A DNA stretch of 64,000 nucleotides from Methanobacteriota archaeon (GTDB lineage: Archaea; Thermoplasmatota; E2; DHVEG-1): contig CAVYNH010000001.1 in the NCBI GenBank assembly GCA_963769885.1, positions 4,071-68,070 on the forward strand, given 5' to 3'. Positions 40,404-49,600 of the stretch are shown here, one piece after another. The first letter of the stretch is position 1. Each line of letters begins with the position of its first letter. The notes under the pieces are model-generated. The model saw only the letters and a program-made list of their open reading frames with translations, had not been told where the DNA came from and made no database searches. Both the position numbers and the translations under genes were made by a program.

Positions 40404-40544
40404 AGAGCCAAAAACGGCGTTCTGTTAGTTTTTCGGCCTCGCAGGCGGATATTTGCCCGCGTTCTTTTATTTTCTGAAAACATTTAAATAAATCCATGGG
40501 ATAGCTCTTCTTTGCTGTTTTGGAAAGAAGGAGGAATAGAGAAT

Positions 40545-41030
40545 ATGAGGGAAAAAATAATTGGAATATTTGCAATAGTTCTGTTGATAGCACCTGTAAT
40601 GCCAGTTTCAGGGGCATCCGAAAAAAATAGTAGTATTTCACCAGTCCCTTCTAATAGTGTTATTAAAAATGGAAATAGAGATTTAGTTTTTAATGGTGTT
40701 ATTAAAAATTGTGAATTAGATATAACCTTTGACAGATGGGTTTTAAATTTGCCTATCGGAATACCTAACAAAATATTTGCGGTTTTATTTTATTTTTATG
40801 CTCAGGATGCTGGTACAACCGCGGAACCTTCGAATACGCATTTAAAAATCACAGGTGGAACTAAAGTATCTGGTGACGGTGATATACCTATTGATGTCAC
40901 CTGTTCCTGGTGTACATTTGCTTTGTATGGATTCTTTGGAACGAGTTCTGTCACCCCCCTAATTTCCCTTGGTGGTGAAATTAAGGGTGTTGCAAAGAGA
41001 GCAAGATTTGACTGTGGTTATCCAACATAA
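40545..41030 (+). CDS. small secreted protein (hypothetical)
   Basis: The signal peptide is MREKIIGIFAIVLLIAPVMPVSG. An internal ATG after an RBS-like GGAGGA was chosen as start. Confidence 0.55.
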   Translation: MREKIIGIFAIVLLIAPVMPVSGASEKNSSISPVPSNSVIKNGNRDLVFNGVIKNCELDITFDRWVLNLPIGIPNKIFAVLFYFYAQDAGTTAEPSNTHLKITGGTKVSGDGDIPIDVTCSWCTFALYGFFGTSSVTPLISLGGEIKGVAKRARFDCGYPT

Positions 41031-41059
41031 AAATAATGTCAATTAATGTCTTCTAAGCG

Positions 41060-41655
41060 AGAAATCCCCATGCTTTAGCGTGGGGATGAATCGCGTCATT
41101 TTTCTTCAAAAATTCGTTACCACGTACTGGGTGGACGCGCCCGCAGTCGCGGGCGCTCTGAAGCACCTGCCCAGGACATCTTGTATGGAACTTATTAGCA
41201 GTAGCCATAGCGTAGGCCAGAATATATACCATTTGGAATGGTGCCCGAAATACCGCTACCACATGATGCGACGGGAGGAAATCCAAAAACTAATCGAGAA
41301 TGTGGTGCGTGATGTAGCAGCACGGCATCACATCACCGTCATCGAACTCAGTGTGATGCCGGACCACATCCACCTGGTTGCCGGCCTCCCGGCGACCATG
41401 AGCGTCTCCTCCGCCCTCCACCTCCTCAAAGGAGCCTCCTCCCATGAGATCTTCCTACGGATTCCCGCCTTCCGAATGCGGTACCCCCGGGGAGCCTTCT
41501 GGAGCCCCGGGAAATTCTTCCGCACCATTGGCGACGCCAATACAGAAACCGTGATCAACTACGTCAGAAACCATCGATTCCAACAAGCCACCCTTGACGG
41601 GTTTCCGGGGACAGCCTAACCCCCGGAAGCCCCGGCATTTATGCCGGGGAGGATG
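41060..41655 (+). mobile_element. IS200-type (IS200/IS605 family, TnpA-only) element
   Basis: The Y1 transposase gene is flanked by hairpins TCCCCATGC-TTTA-GCGTGGGGA (41065-41086) and CCCCGGCA-TTTA-TGCCGGGG (41630-41649). An additional hairpin GCGCCCGC-AGTC-GCGGGCGC lies in the leader. The boundaries are approximate. Confidence 0.65.
41185..41619 (+). CDS. tnpA: IS200/IS605 family transposase TnpA (Y1 HUH)
   Basis: Contains ..YHLEWCPKYRYHMM.. and ..MPDHIHLV.. (HUH). It is about 144 aa from the internal ATG. Confidence 0.8.
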   Translation: MELISSSHSVGQNIYHLEWCPKYRYHMMRREEIQKLIENVVRDVAARHHITVIELSVMPDHIHLVAGLPATMSVSSALHLLKGASSHEIFLRIPAFRMRYPRGAFWSPGKFFRTIGDANTETVINYVRNHRFQQATLDGFPGTA

Positions 41656-41720
41656 TCACATTCAATTTTTTTTTTATCATCGATTAGCATAAAACATGAG
41701 TCAAAACCGTGTCACTGCTT

Positions 41721-41915
41721 CTAAGGAACCTTTCTTATTCGTAGTTCACCAGCACCGATGGGTTCAATGCTCAACCGGTCTCCTGCTTTGAGGTTGTAGA
41801 GATCACAGACTCGCTTCGGCAGGGTGAGAATCATACTGTCGTTGATCTCACGAATTGTTCGTTCCATACGGAAAACGATATAGTTTTTTAATGTTAAATC
41901 GTTTGGGATTTCCAT
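41721..41915 (-). CDS. AbrB/SpoVT-family DNA-binding protein
   Basis: ..ILTLPKRVCDLYNLKAGDRLSIEPIGAGELRIRKV is a swapped-hairpin barrel pattern. Confidence 0.65.
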   Translation of the reverse strand: MEIPNDLTLKNYIVFRMERTIREINDSMILTLPKRVCDLYNLKAGDRLSIEPIGAGELRIRKVP

Positions 41916-42044
41916 ACGAATCAGGATTCGAAGGCACTGGTTTTTTTGGTACCGGTCTACAGATTCAGATAAGCATATTCTACCGGTATTTCAGTATTCG
42001 AATCCCGATGTGGGCGTGTAAACGTGCAATAAGAAAAAAGAAAA

Positions 42045-42181
42045 GAAAGAGAGAGTCGGATTCAACCGTCATTAAAACCGATAGGCCTAAAAACCGCGTT
42101 CTGTCCCCGAGAATAACTCCTAGTGACCAGATGCAAGTCGCATCAGGCCCATTAACGTCTACAGGAGAAAAGTCGGGCGAC
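42045..42181 (+). repeat. 137-bp repeat unit containing a tRNA-Pro 3'-end copy (copy 3)
   Basis: See 40267..40403. Confidence 0.8.
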
Positions 42182-42428
42182 GATGTTGGTGTCAGGGCGA
42201 GGCTCTTGGTCTGACTTCTTCGTTAAAATAGGGGATTCTGCAGATATGTTTTTAAAGAAGTAAAACCAGGTTCTGAATCCCTTCTGTCATGTATTTTTAT
42301 CTTTTACAGACATTTATATCAAGCTACAGGATAACAAATGGCAAGGAGGAACAGGTTCTTATACAGAATAGCTGGTTAAAGTAAATCCTGTTTTGGTAAT
42401 TTTAGAAAATAGAAGGAGGAAAAAAGAA

Positions 42429-43616
42429 ATGAAAACGAAAATCATAGGAATATGTGTAGGTATGCTGATGTTCGCCACTGTTCTTTCAGTGGCAGCGCCG
42501 ATAAATAAAAATGTCACGGAAGTTACACCCGTTACGTCTCCGTTCGCTGGAAACACAGGAGCTCCTTCGGTGTCACCGCTTTCTCAGATAAGTACGTTAC
42601 TTGGGAAAACTGTGTACGGATCCAAGGTATACCCTCCTTATCCATGTAAGGAGCTTGTTTCGTTCACCTTGGATAACCCTGGCACCATCAACAATATTAC
42701 TAATGCGACCTCGAAATATTTCCTTTCTGGTGGCTGTTGGGCGAATGGCGTCTGGTGGGGCTGCGAATATTCAGGGTGGTCAGATAATAACTCTAAGATA
42801 TGGAAGATCAACCCCACAACTGGGAAAATGACTCTAGTCGGTCCCTCTAATACCCACGATGATGAGAGTCTGCAAGGGCTAGCGTATGATGACACAACTG
42901 GCACCATGTATGCTTGTAGTCCCATTAACCTCTATACTATCGATATGCTCACAGGTAACGCAACACGGGTGGGTTCCTATCTGGGACATGTTATGATAGG
43001 TATTGCATGTGATTCCAAAGGGAACCTGTATGGGGAAGAAGTAGGGAACCCGGGGTCTCTCTATGCTATCAACAAAACGACTGCACATATCAGTTTAATT
43101 GGTCATTTCGGCTTCTATCTCAACCATTGTCAAGATATGGCATTTGATAAAGATAATGATAAATTATACCTCGCAGCTTTAACTCAGAATGGAACAGAAA
43201 ATGAAGGTGCGTTGTACTACTGTGATCAAAACACGGCAGCATGCACAAAGATCGGTATTTTTGGAACCAACCTCACTGAGATTGACGGGTTTGCTATACC
43301 CTATACATCTGATGTTGAAATAAATGGATTGAAAGGTGGAATCGGCGTACACGCGACCATAAAGAATACTGGTACGGTCAATCTCAGTAGCGTGAAATGG
43401 AGTATTGTCTTAGAAAAAGGTCTCATCATTCTGGGCAAGAAAAGTAACGGGACAATACCCTCCCTCTCTGTTGGTCAATCCGTAGATATCAAAACAGGCT
43501 TAATCCTTGGATTCGGAATGCCGAGGGTTATGATTAAGGTCGAAACTCCTGATCATTTTATAGAGAAAACTGCGAAAGCGACGGTATTGTCATTCTTCGT
43601 CCTTGGGGTAAAGTAA
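42429..43616 (+). CDS. secreted beta-propeller-like protein (hypothetical)
   Basis: The signal peptide is MKTKIIGICVGMLMFATVLSVAAP. The motif L[YW].I[ND]..TG....[LIV]G recurs (IWKINPTTGKMTLVG, LYTIDMLTGNATRVG, LYAINKTTAHISLIG). Confidence 0.6.
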   Translation: MKTKIIGICVGMLMFATVLSVAAPINKNVTEVTPVTSPFAGNTGAPSVSPLSQISTLLGKTVYGSKVYPPYPCKELVSFTLDNPGTINNITNATSKYFLSGGCWANGVWWGCEYSGWSDNNSKIWKINPTTGKMTLVGPSNTHDDESLQGLAYDDTTGTMYACSPINLYTIDMLTGNATRVGSYLGHVMIGIACDSKGNLYGEEVGNPGSLYAINKTTAHISLIGHFGFYLNHCQDMAFDKDNDKLYLAALTQNGTENEGALYYCDQNTAACTKIGIFGTNLTEIDGFAIPYTSDVEINGLKGGIGVHATIKNTGTVNLSSVKWSIVLEKGLIILGKKSNGTIPSLSVGQSVDIKTGLILGFGMPRVMIKVETPDHFIEKTAKATVLSFFVLGVK

Positions 43617-43901
43617 CCCTCCTCTTTTTTTCTTTTTTTTCTTTTGTCTTTGATTCGCACAAAAACCCATGTGTTTTAAACCTGTCACTGCGTGACCGCT
43701 CATAGGAGATGAAGTAATATGTCTTTGTTTTCTGCGTGCGTCCAGGCGTGCTGAGCGCGGTTTTTTTTACGCAAACAGCGCGTCGTCGGGTTGCTTCCGT
43801 AGGCGGTGCGTCGGTTTCCTCTGGGCCATGGTTTTATTTTTATCGTGAATTTTACTCCTCTTTCATGGTAACTGTTATATAATAGAAGAGGTGTACCGAG
43901 T

Positions 43902-44222
43902 ATGGGGGCCTACGGCCTCTTTATTGCGGGGGAAAAGAATATTTTCAACAATCGGCGGTCAGAAATCGATATTATGCAGGAGATTTTGACGCTGACGCAG
44001 AACAGTGCCCGAAAGACGCAGATCCTTTACCAGGTGAACCTGAGCTACACACTACTGAAGAATTATCTCATGTTCCTTATAAGCAATGACTTCATCCGTG
44101 AGGTGACGGTCGATAACGATCATAATCCCTATTCGGCCTACCAGCTAACTGAAAAGGGTCATCTTTTTATGAAGGATATTAAAAAAGTGCAGTCTCATTT
44201 GAACGGAAAATTTTTTTGGTAA
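43902..44222 (+). CDS. small winged-helix transcription regulator (putative)
   Basis: ..ILYQVNLSYTLLKNYLMFLISNDFIREV...YQLTEKGHLFMKDI is a wHTH pattern. It lies directly upstream of the TasA-like genes. Confidence 0.55.
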   Translation: MGAYGLFIAGEKNIFNNRRSEIDIMQEILTLTQNSARKTQILYQVNLSYTLLKNYLMFLISNDFIREVTVDNDHNPYSAYQLTEKGHLFMKDIKKVQSHLNGKFFW

Positions 44223-44448
44223 CTTTTTTCTCACACCCGCAAAAACAACGGGAGAGATAGAACATTGTTCTAGAACAATGCTTCTGCTCTTCTTATAACC
44301 CCGAGGGTATTTATTTTTTGTAGGCGAATGATAGCAGGAACGTGGTGTTCCGTTTTCGTTCGTATATCTGGGGGAGACACTCGGCTTTGCACTCCGCCTT
44401 GCATAAGAAATCAAAGCAGAAGTAACTGAAAAGGAGGAAAAGGTAACC

Positions 44449-45648
44449 TTGAAAAAGAACAAGATCGGCGTAATGTTTCTAGTGTCAGTCCTAGCGCTAT
44501 CTGGGATCGGGATCTCTTATGCGGCATTCACAGACACCATCACCGTCCACGGTACAGTCCAGTGCGCATCCGTGCAATTCAACATACAAGACTTTTCGGG
44601 CACCTGGGTCTACAAGGTCTACGGCGGGACAAGCCCACCGCAGCATGAGATCTATGTGGACTATGAGCACCTGACTTCGGCGGAGCTTGCCACGATGTTT
44701 CCGGGCAGTACGATAGTGTTGGTGTCGTCAGCGACCGGAGCCGCCGGGCCGAGCCCCTACGATGCGACGTTCACCTTCGACAAGCTGTTCCCCTGCATCC
44801 AATTCAAAGCAGATGTGAAAACGACGATTGGGACGATTCCGGTGAAGATCCAGGCCATCACCCTGACGCCGCTCAACGGCGCTGAATGGATACGGCCGTT
44901 GATCAGCAACAACGAGATTAGGGTAGAGCTGAAGATGTTGCGGAATGGCCAGTGGAGTACAGTCGGCGTCGGCGCGCAGGTACACCCAACCGATATCATC
45001 GAGATCATCGTATGGGTGCATATCCCCCAGAACAACGCGTACCAGGGGTTAACGGGCTCGCTGCAGGTCACCGTCAGCGTCCAGCAGTGGAACGACCTGT
45101 GCGGTCAGACCACCGGACCAAAAGAGTTGAATCTCCCGACGGGGACAATAAACGCAGTCTACTACCATTACGGACCCTCTAGCTACTGGCAGACGGTCCT
45201 CAGCAACGTCGGGACCGGGTATACCGTCCATGATGGGTCCTACATCGGCTGGTGCAACGACGAAGACACGTACATCGTCCCAGGCAACTTGTACAACGTA
45301 AGGCTGTTTTCAAGCTATGACCAATCGTTCTTCTTGGCTCATCCCAACTGGAACGGGAATTATTGGTATAGCTGGCCATGCGTCAACTACCTCATAAACC
45401 ACAAGATACCAGTGACGAGTCAGCTGCAGAAGGATCAGATCCAGTTCGCGATCTGGTATTTCATCGACCACGGCTACACCGGCACTGATCCTATCGTCTG
45501 GGGCATGATCAACGCTGCGCTCGCCAACGGGAAGTACTTCGTCCCGCAGACCGGTCAAAATATGGCCGTGCTCGTCGTTGGATATCCCTTCGATGGAGTG
45601 CAGCATGGATACGTAGTTCAGCACACCTTCATCGAAGTCGACCCATAA
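44449..45648 (+). CDS. TasA/camelysin-like secreted protein with thioester-domain (TQXA)-like C-terminal domain
   Basis: The N-terminus MKKNKIGVMFLVSVLALSGIGISYAAFTDT resembles the SipW-type signal (compare B. subtilis TasA ..GGGTWAAFND). The C-terminal half has ..YIGWCNDED.., ..VNYLINHKIP.. and ..DQIQFAIWYFIDHGYTG. Confidence 0.7.
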   Translation: MKKNKIGVMFLVSVLALSGIGISYAAFTDTITVHGTVQCASVQFNIQDFSGTWVYKVYGGTSPPQHEIYVDYEHLTSAELATMFPGSTIVLVSSATGAAGPSPYDATFTFDKLFPCIQFKADVKTTIGTIPVKIQAITLTPLNGAEWIRPLISNNEIRVELKMLRNGQWSTVGVGAQVHPTDIIEIIVWVHIPQNNAYQGLTGSLQVTVSVQQWNDLCGQTTGPKELNLPTGTINAVYYHYGPSSYWQTVLSNVGTGYTVHDGSYIGWCNDEDTYIVPGNLYNVRLFSSYDQSFFLAHPNWNGNYWYSWPCVNYLINHKIPVTSQLQKDQIQFAIWYFIDHGYTGTDPIVWGMINAALANGKYFVPQTGQNMAVLVVGYPFDGVQHGYVVQHTFIEVDP

Positions 45649-45774
45649 ATAAATAAGAATACCTGAGTCCGGGGGTCCCGGACTTGGCAGTTCAAACGGC
45701 GGAGACGCTCAGCCTTGAACTCCGCCTGAAAAAAGAAATCAGGGCAGAGAAACCATAAAGGAGGAAAAAAAGAC

Positions 45775-46446
45775 ATGAAAAACAAACTCGGCGTGATATT
45801 CGCCGTATCTGTAATGGCGCTAGCTGGTATCGGCATTAGCTACGCAGGGTTCACGGACACCATAACCGTGCATGGAAGCGTAACGACCGCGACTGTGACC
45901 CATACTATTGGTTCCACCTTCTCTGGGACATGGGTCTACAAAGTCTATGGAACGGGAGCACCCACCCATGAAATCTACGTTGACCACACAGGCCTTGGGA
46001 TAACAGAAGTTCAGCGACTTTATCCTACTGCCATTGTTCTAGGCCCGATTGCGAGTGCGACAGCCGCACCCGGGACAGGCTATGATGTTGAACTCACATG
46101 GACCAACATCTTCCCCTGCATCGACTTCTGCTGTGACTTCGACTTCACGTACACCGGAACCATACCCGTGAAAGTAAACAGCATGACGATGACCTATGAC
46201 CCTAACCCCGGTGGAACGCCATCTGGCTGGATCGATCAGTACCTGACCTATACATTAACTACGGGTACTGGCACAACACCGGTTCCGATAGGTCTTGGCT
46301 CCCAGCTCCATCCTGGTGATGTAGTGCACTGTGTATTCTGCATCCACTTGCCGCAACTCGACAGTTTGCAGGGCAAGTGCGCCGTTGGACATGCATCACT
46401 GCAACTAGTCCAGTGGAACGAGTTCCCATACACGCCAATACCATAA
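45775..46446 (+). CDS. TasA/camelysin-like secreted protein (short paralogue)
   Basis: The N-terminus MKNKLGVIFAVSVMALAGIGISYAGFTDTITVHG is nearly identical to that of 44449..45648. The shared core includes ..SGTWVYKVYG..HEIYVD.. and ..FPCI.F..D...TIGTIPVK. Confidence 0.7.
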   Translation: MKNKLGVIFAVSVMALAGIGISYAGFTDTITVHGSVTTATVTHTIGSTFSGTWVYKVYGTGAPTHEIYVDHTGLGITEVQRLYPTAIVLGPIASATAAPGTGYDVELTWTNIFPCIDFCCDFDFTYTGTIPVKVNSMTMTYDPNPGGTPSGWIDQYLTYTLTTGTGTTPVPIGLGSQLHPGDVVHCVFCIHLPQLDSLQGKCAVGHASLQLVQWNEFPYTPIP

Positions 46447-46637
46447 ATAAGTGATAGAACCGACCACAAACCCCTAACCACATGAGCTGGATTGGGAGAA
46501 ACCAACCCCCCAATTCATCTCTCATTTCTTTTTTTATATTCAACTATTTCAAGACCGCGTTTCATGGCGTTCTTCCATAATGCCATATTTCATACCAACA
46601 GTTATAAGCATTTATATAAAACATATAAGATAACGAG

Positions 46638-49600
46638 ATGGAAGGAGTCATAGTGAGACGATGGACTAACAAGGGAAGTGGTACACAGAAAACGACATCC
46701 AGCCTTCTGCATACCATCCCGGTCATCCTCCTCCTTCTCAGTACCACCGCGGCTCCTGCGATAGCCGGACCTTCCCACACGACCGGCTCAGGCGCATCGC
46801 TGAGCTACACCTTCTCCTTCAGGACCCCGACCCTCACCGAAATCCAGCTCGACAACCGGACGTTCACCAAAATCGAGATGGACGAATGCCTCGCCTCATC
46901 GCAGCCCGGCCTCCCGGCGCTGCCGGTCTTCCCCGCCCACCTGCTCCTCCCCCCGGGAGCAACCGTCACGAGCATCCATACCCCAACACAGGGCACCATC
47001 GACCTTCACCTGGACACCCCGGTCCTCCCAGCGCAAGAACTCGTCCACCCCGGTACAGACGAGATCCCCGCCTTCGTCATGAACACGAGCGCCTACGCCT
47101 CACCAACCCCGGTATCCGACACCATCTATGAAAACCAGGGAATCGGCTACTGCCGCGGATACACCATCCTCACCCTCACCATTCATCCCGTCCGGTACAT
47201 CCCGAAAACCGGCTCCTTATCCTACTACCCAGAACTCACCCTCACCATAGACCTCCAGCAGCCCGACGCTACACGGCTCGGGAAAGCCACCACGTTCCTC
47301 CGAGACAACACGGCAGACCAAGCAGCGATCCGCGGCCTGGTCGACAACCCCTCACTCCTGACAGCCTACAACCCGACCATCGACGCCCCCCTCGGGGATG
47401 ACCCGCTACGGACCGACGGCCTGTGCAGCGCCTCCGGACACTACCCCTACGTCATCATCACCAGCAACAGCCTCAAGAGCACGACCGGCTACCCCTACAA
47501 CTGGACCAGCCTCATCACCCACCGCGAGACCCACGACGGCCTCAACGGCACCATCGTCACCGTCCAAGACATCGACGCCTGCCACGCCTACTGGAACACC
47601 ACCGCACTCTACAACGACAGCCAAGCCCACATCAGGGAATTCTGCAAAGACGCCTACCAGAACTGGGAGACCGACTACATCCTCCTCGGCGGCGACTGGG
47701 ACAGCGCCCCCAGCGACCAGATCGTCCCCTACCGACTCTTCACCGACCGCTATCTCCCTGGTGACCTCTATCAAACCATGGCCTGCGACATGTACTACAG
47801 CCACCTCGACGGTACCTGGTGGGACGCCACAGACAACGTCTGGGGCGGCAGCGCAGGAAGCGGCGCCAACAACCTCTACGCAGAACTGTACATCGGCCGC
47901 ATCGCCGCCTACAACGCCTCCATGGTCTCCAACGCGGTCCAAAAGATCATCTGGTATGATCTGAGCGCCTCCGGCGACTGGCTCCATCAAGCAGTCTTCG
48001 CCGGCGGCAACCTCGGCTGGAGCGCCACCTCCAAACAATACATGGAGGAACTCAGGCTCGGCACCGACACCTACCGCACCTTCACGGGCTTCCAAGAATG
48101 GAACACCGCCCACCCAGCCTCCACCATTGACTTCGAAACATACTATCATGCCGACCTCGGAAGTAACTACCCAGAGTATTTCTCAGACTCCATCGAGGAC
48201 GACAACGCCTCGATCATCAACCACCTTGACCACAGCGACTGGAACAGCCCCTTCGGCCTCACCTGGTGGTCCGACCGCATCAACGCCAAACCCTTCTTCG
48301 GCTACTCCCAAGGATGCCTCGCCGGCCGCTTCCACGAAGGCTACGCCGGCTCCGAACAACTGCAGTGCCGCTTCGCCGGACGCAACGCCTTCGCCCTCAT
48401 CCTCAACACCGGCTACGGCTACGGTAGCTACTACGACACGGACGGCGCAAGCCAAGCCCTCGAGTGCTACTTCTGGGACTACTTCTTCAACAACCAATCC
48501 GCTCACACCGAAAACTGGCAGCTCGGCAGAGCCCAGGCCTACTCCGAGGACAAGATGAGCACGTACATCGACAGCTACAGCCACGCCTGGTGTTACGCCT
48601 GGTACAGTAGCCACCTCTTCGGCGACCCAGCTCAGACCCTCCGGCTCTCAGACACGCCACAAGAAAACATCCACCTCGCCAGCGAATCCCCGACCAATGG
48701 ATCCACCACAGTCCCGATTACAACAACATCGCTCAGCGTCCAGATCACGCATGCACTCGGACACACGTTCAACTATACAATTCAGACAAGCCCCAACATC
48801 GGAAGCGCCTCAGGAACAGGCGTCCACAACGGGACCAAATCCTGCACGATCACTGGCCTGAGTTACGCAACAACCTACCAATGGACCGTCAGGGTCACTG
48901 ACGGAGAATCATGGGTGAACGAGACGTACACCTTTACCACCCAGAACGCGCCAATCAATCATCCCCCCACGTTGACTAGCCCCAGTCCTACCAATGGCGC
49001 GACCGGCGTCTCGATCAGCACCTCGTCCCTGAGCATCACCATCCAAGACCAGGATGGAGACCATTTCAACTGGACCATCACGACAGCACCCAACATCGGC
49101 AGCAGCGCGGGAACCTCATCGACGAATGGAACCAAGACATGCGCAGTATCAGGCCTGGCCTACTCAACCGCGTACACCTGGACCGTGCGGGCGAACGATG
49201 GGCATCAATGGACGAACACCTCGTACACCTTCACCACGCAAAGCGCGCCAGTCAACAACCCGCCAGCCCTATCCAACCCCAGCCCAGGGAACGGCTCCAC
49301 AAGCATCCCGATTAGCACCACCTCGCTGAGCATCACGATCGGAGACCCTGAAGGGGATCCATTCAATTGGACCATCACCACGACACCAAATATCGGGAGC
49401 GGCTCAGGAACCCTTGCAGGCAACGAGAGCAAGTCTTGCAGCGTCTCCGGCTTGGCTTATTCAACCCTCTATACATGGACCGCGAGAGCCTATGACGGGC
49501 ATCACTGGACGAACGCAACCTACACCTTCACGACACAGAGCGCACCGATCAACAACCCCCCCACCTTGACCAATCCCAGCCCAGCGAATGCTTCTACGAC

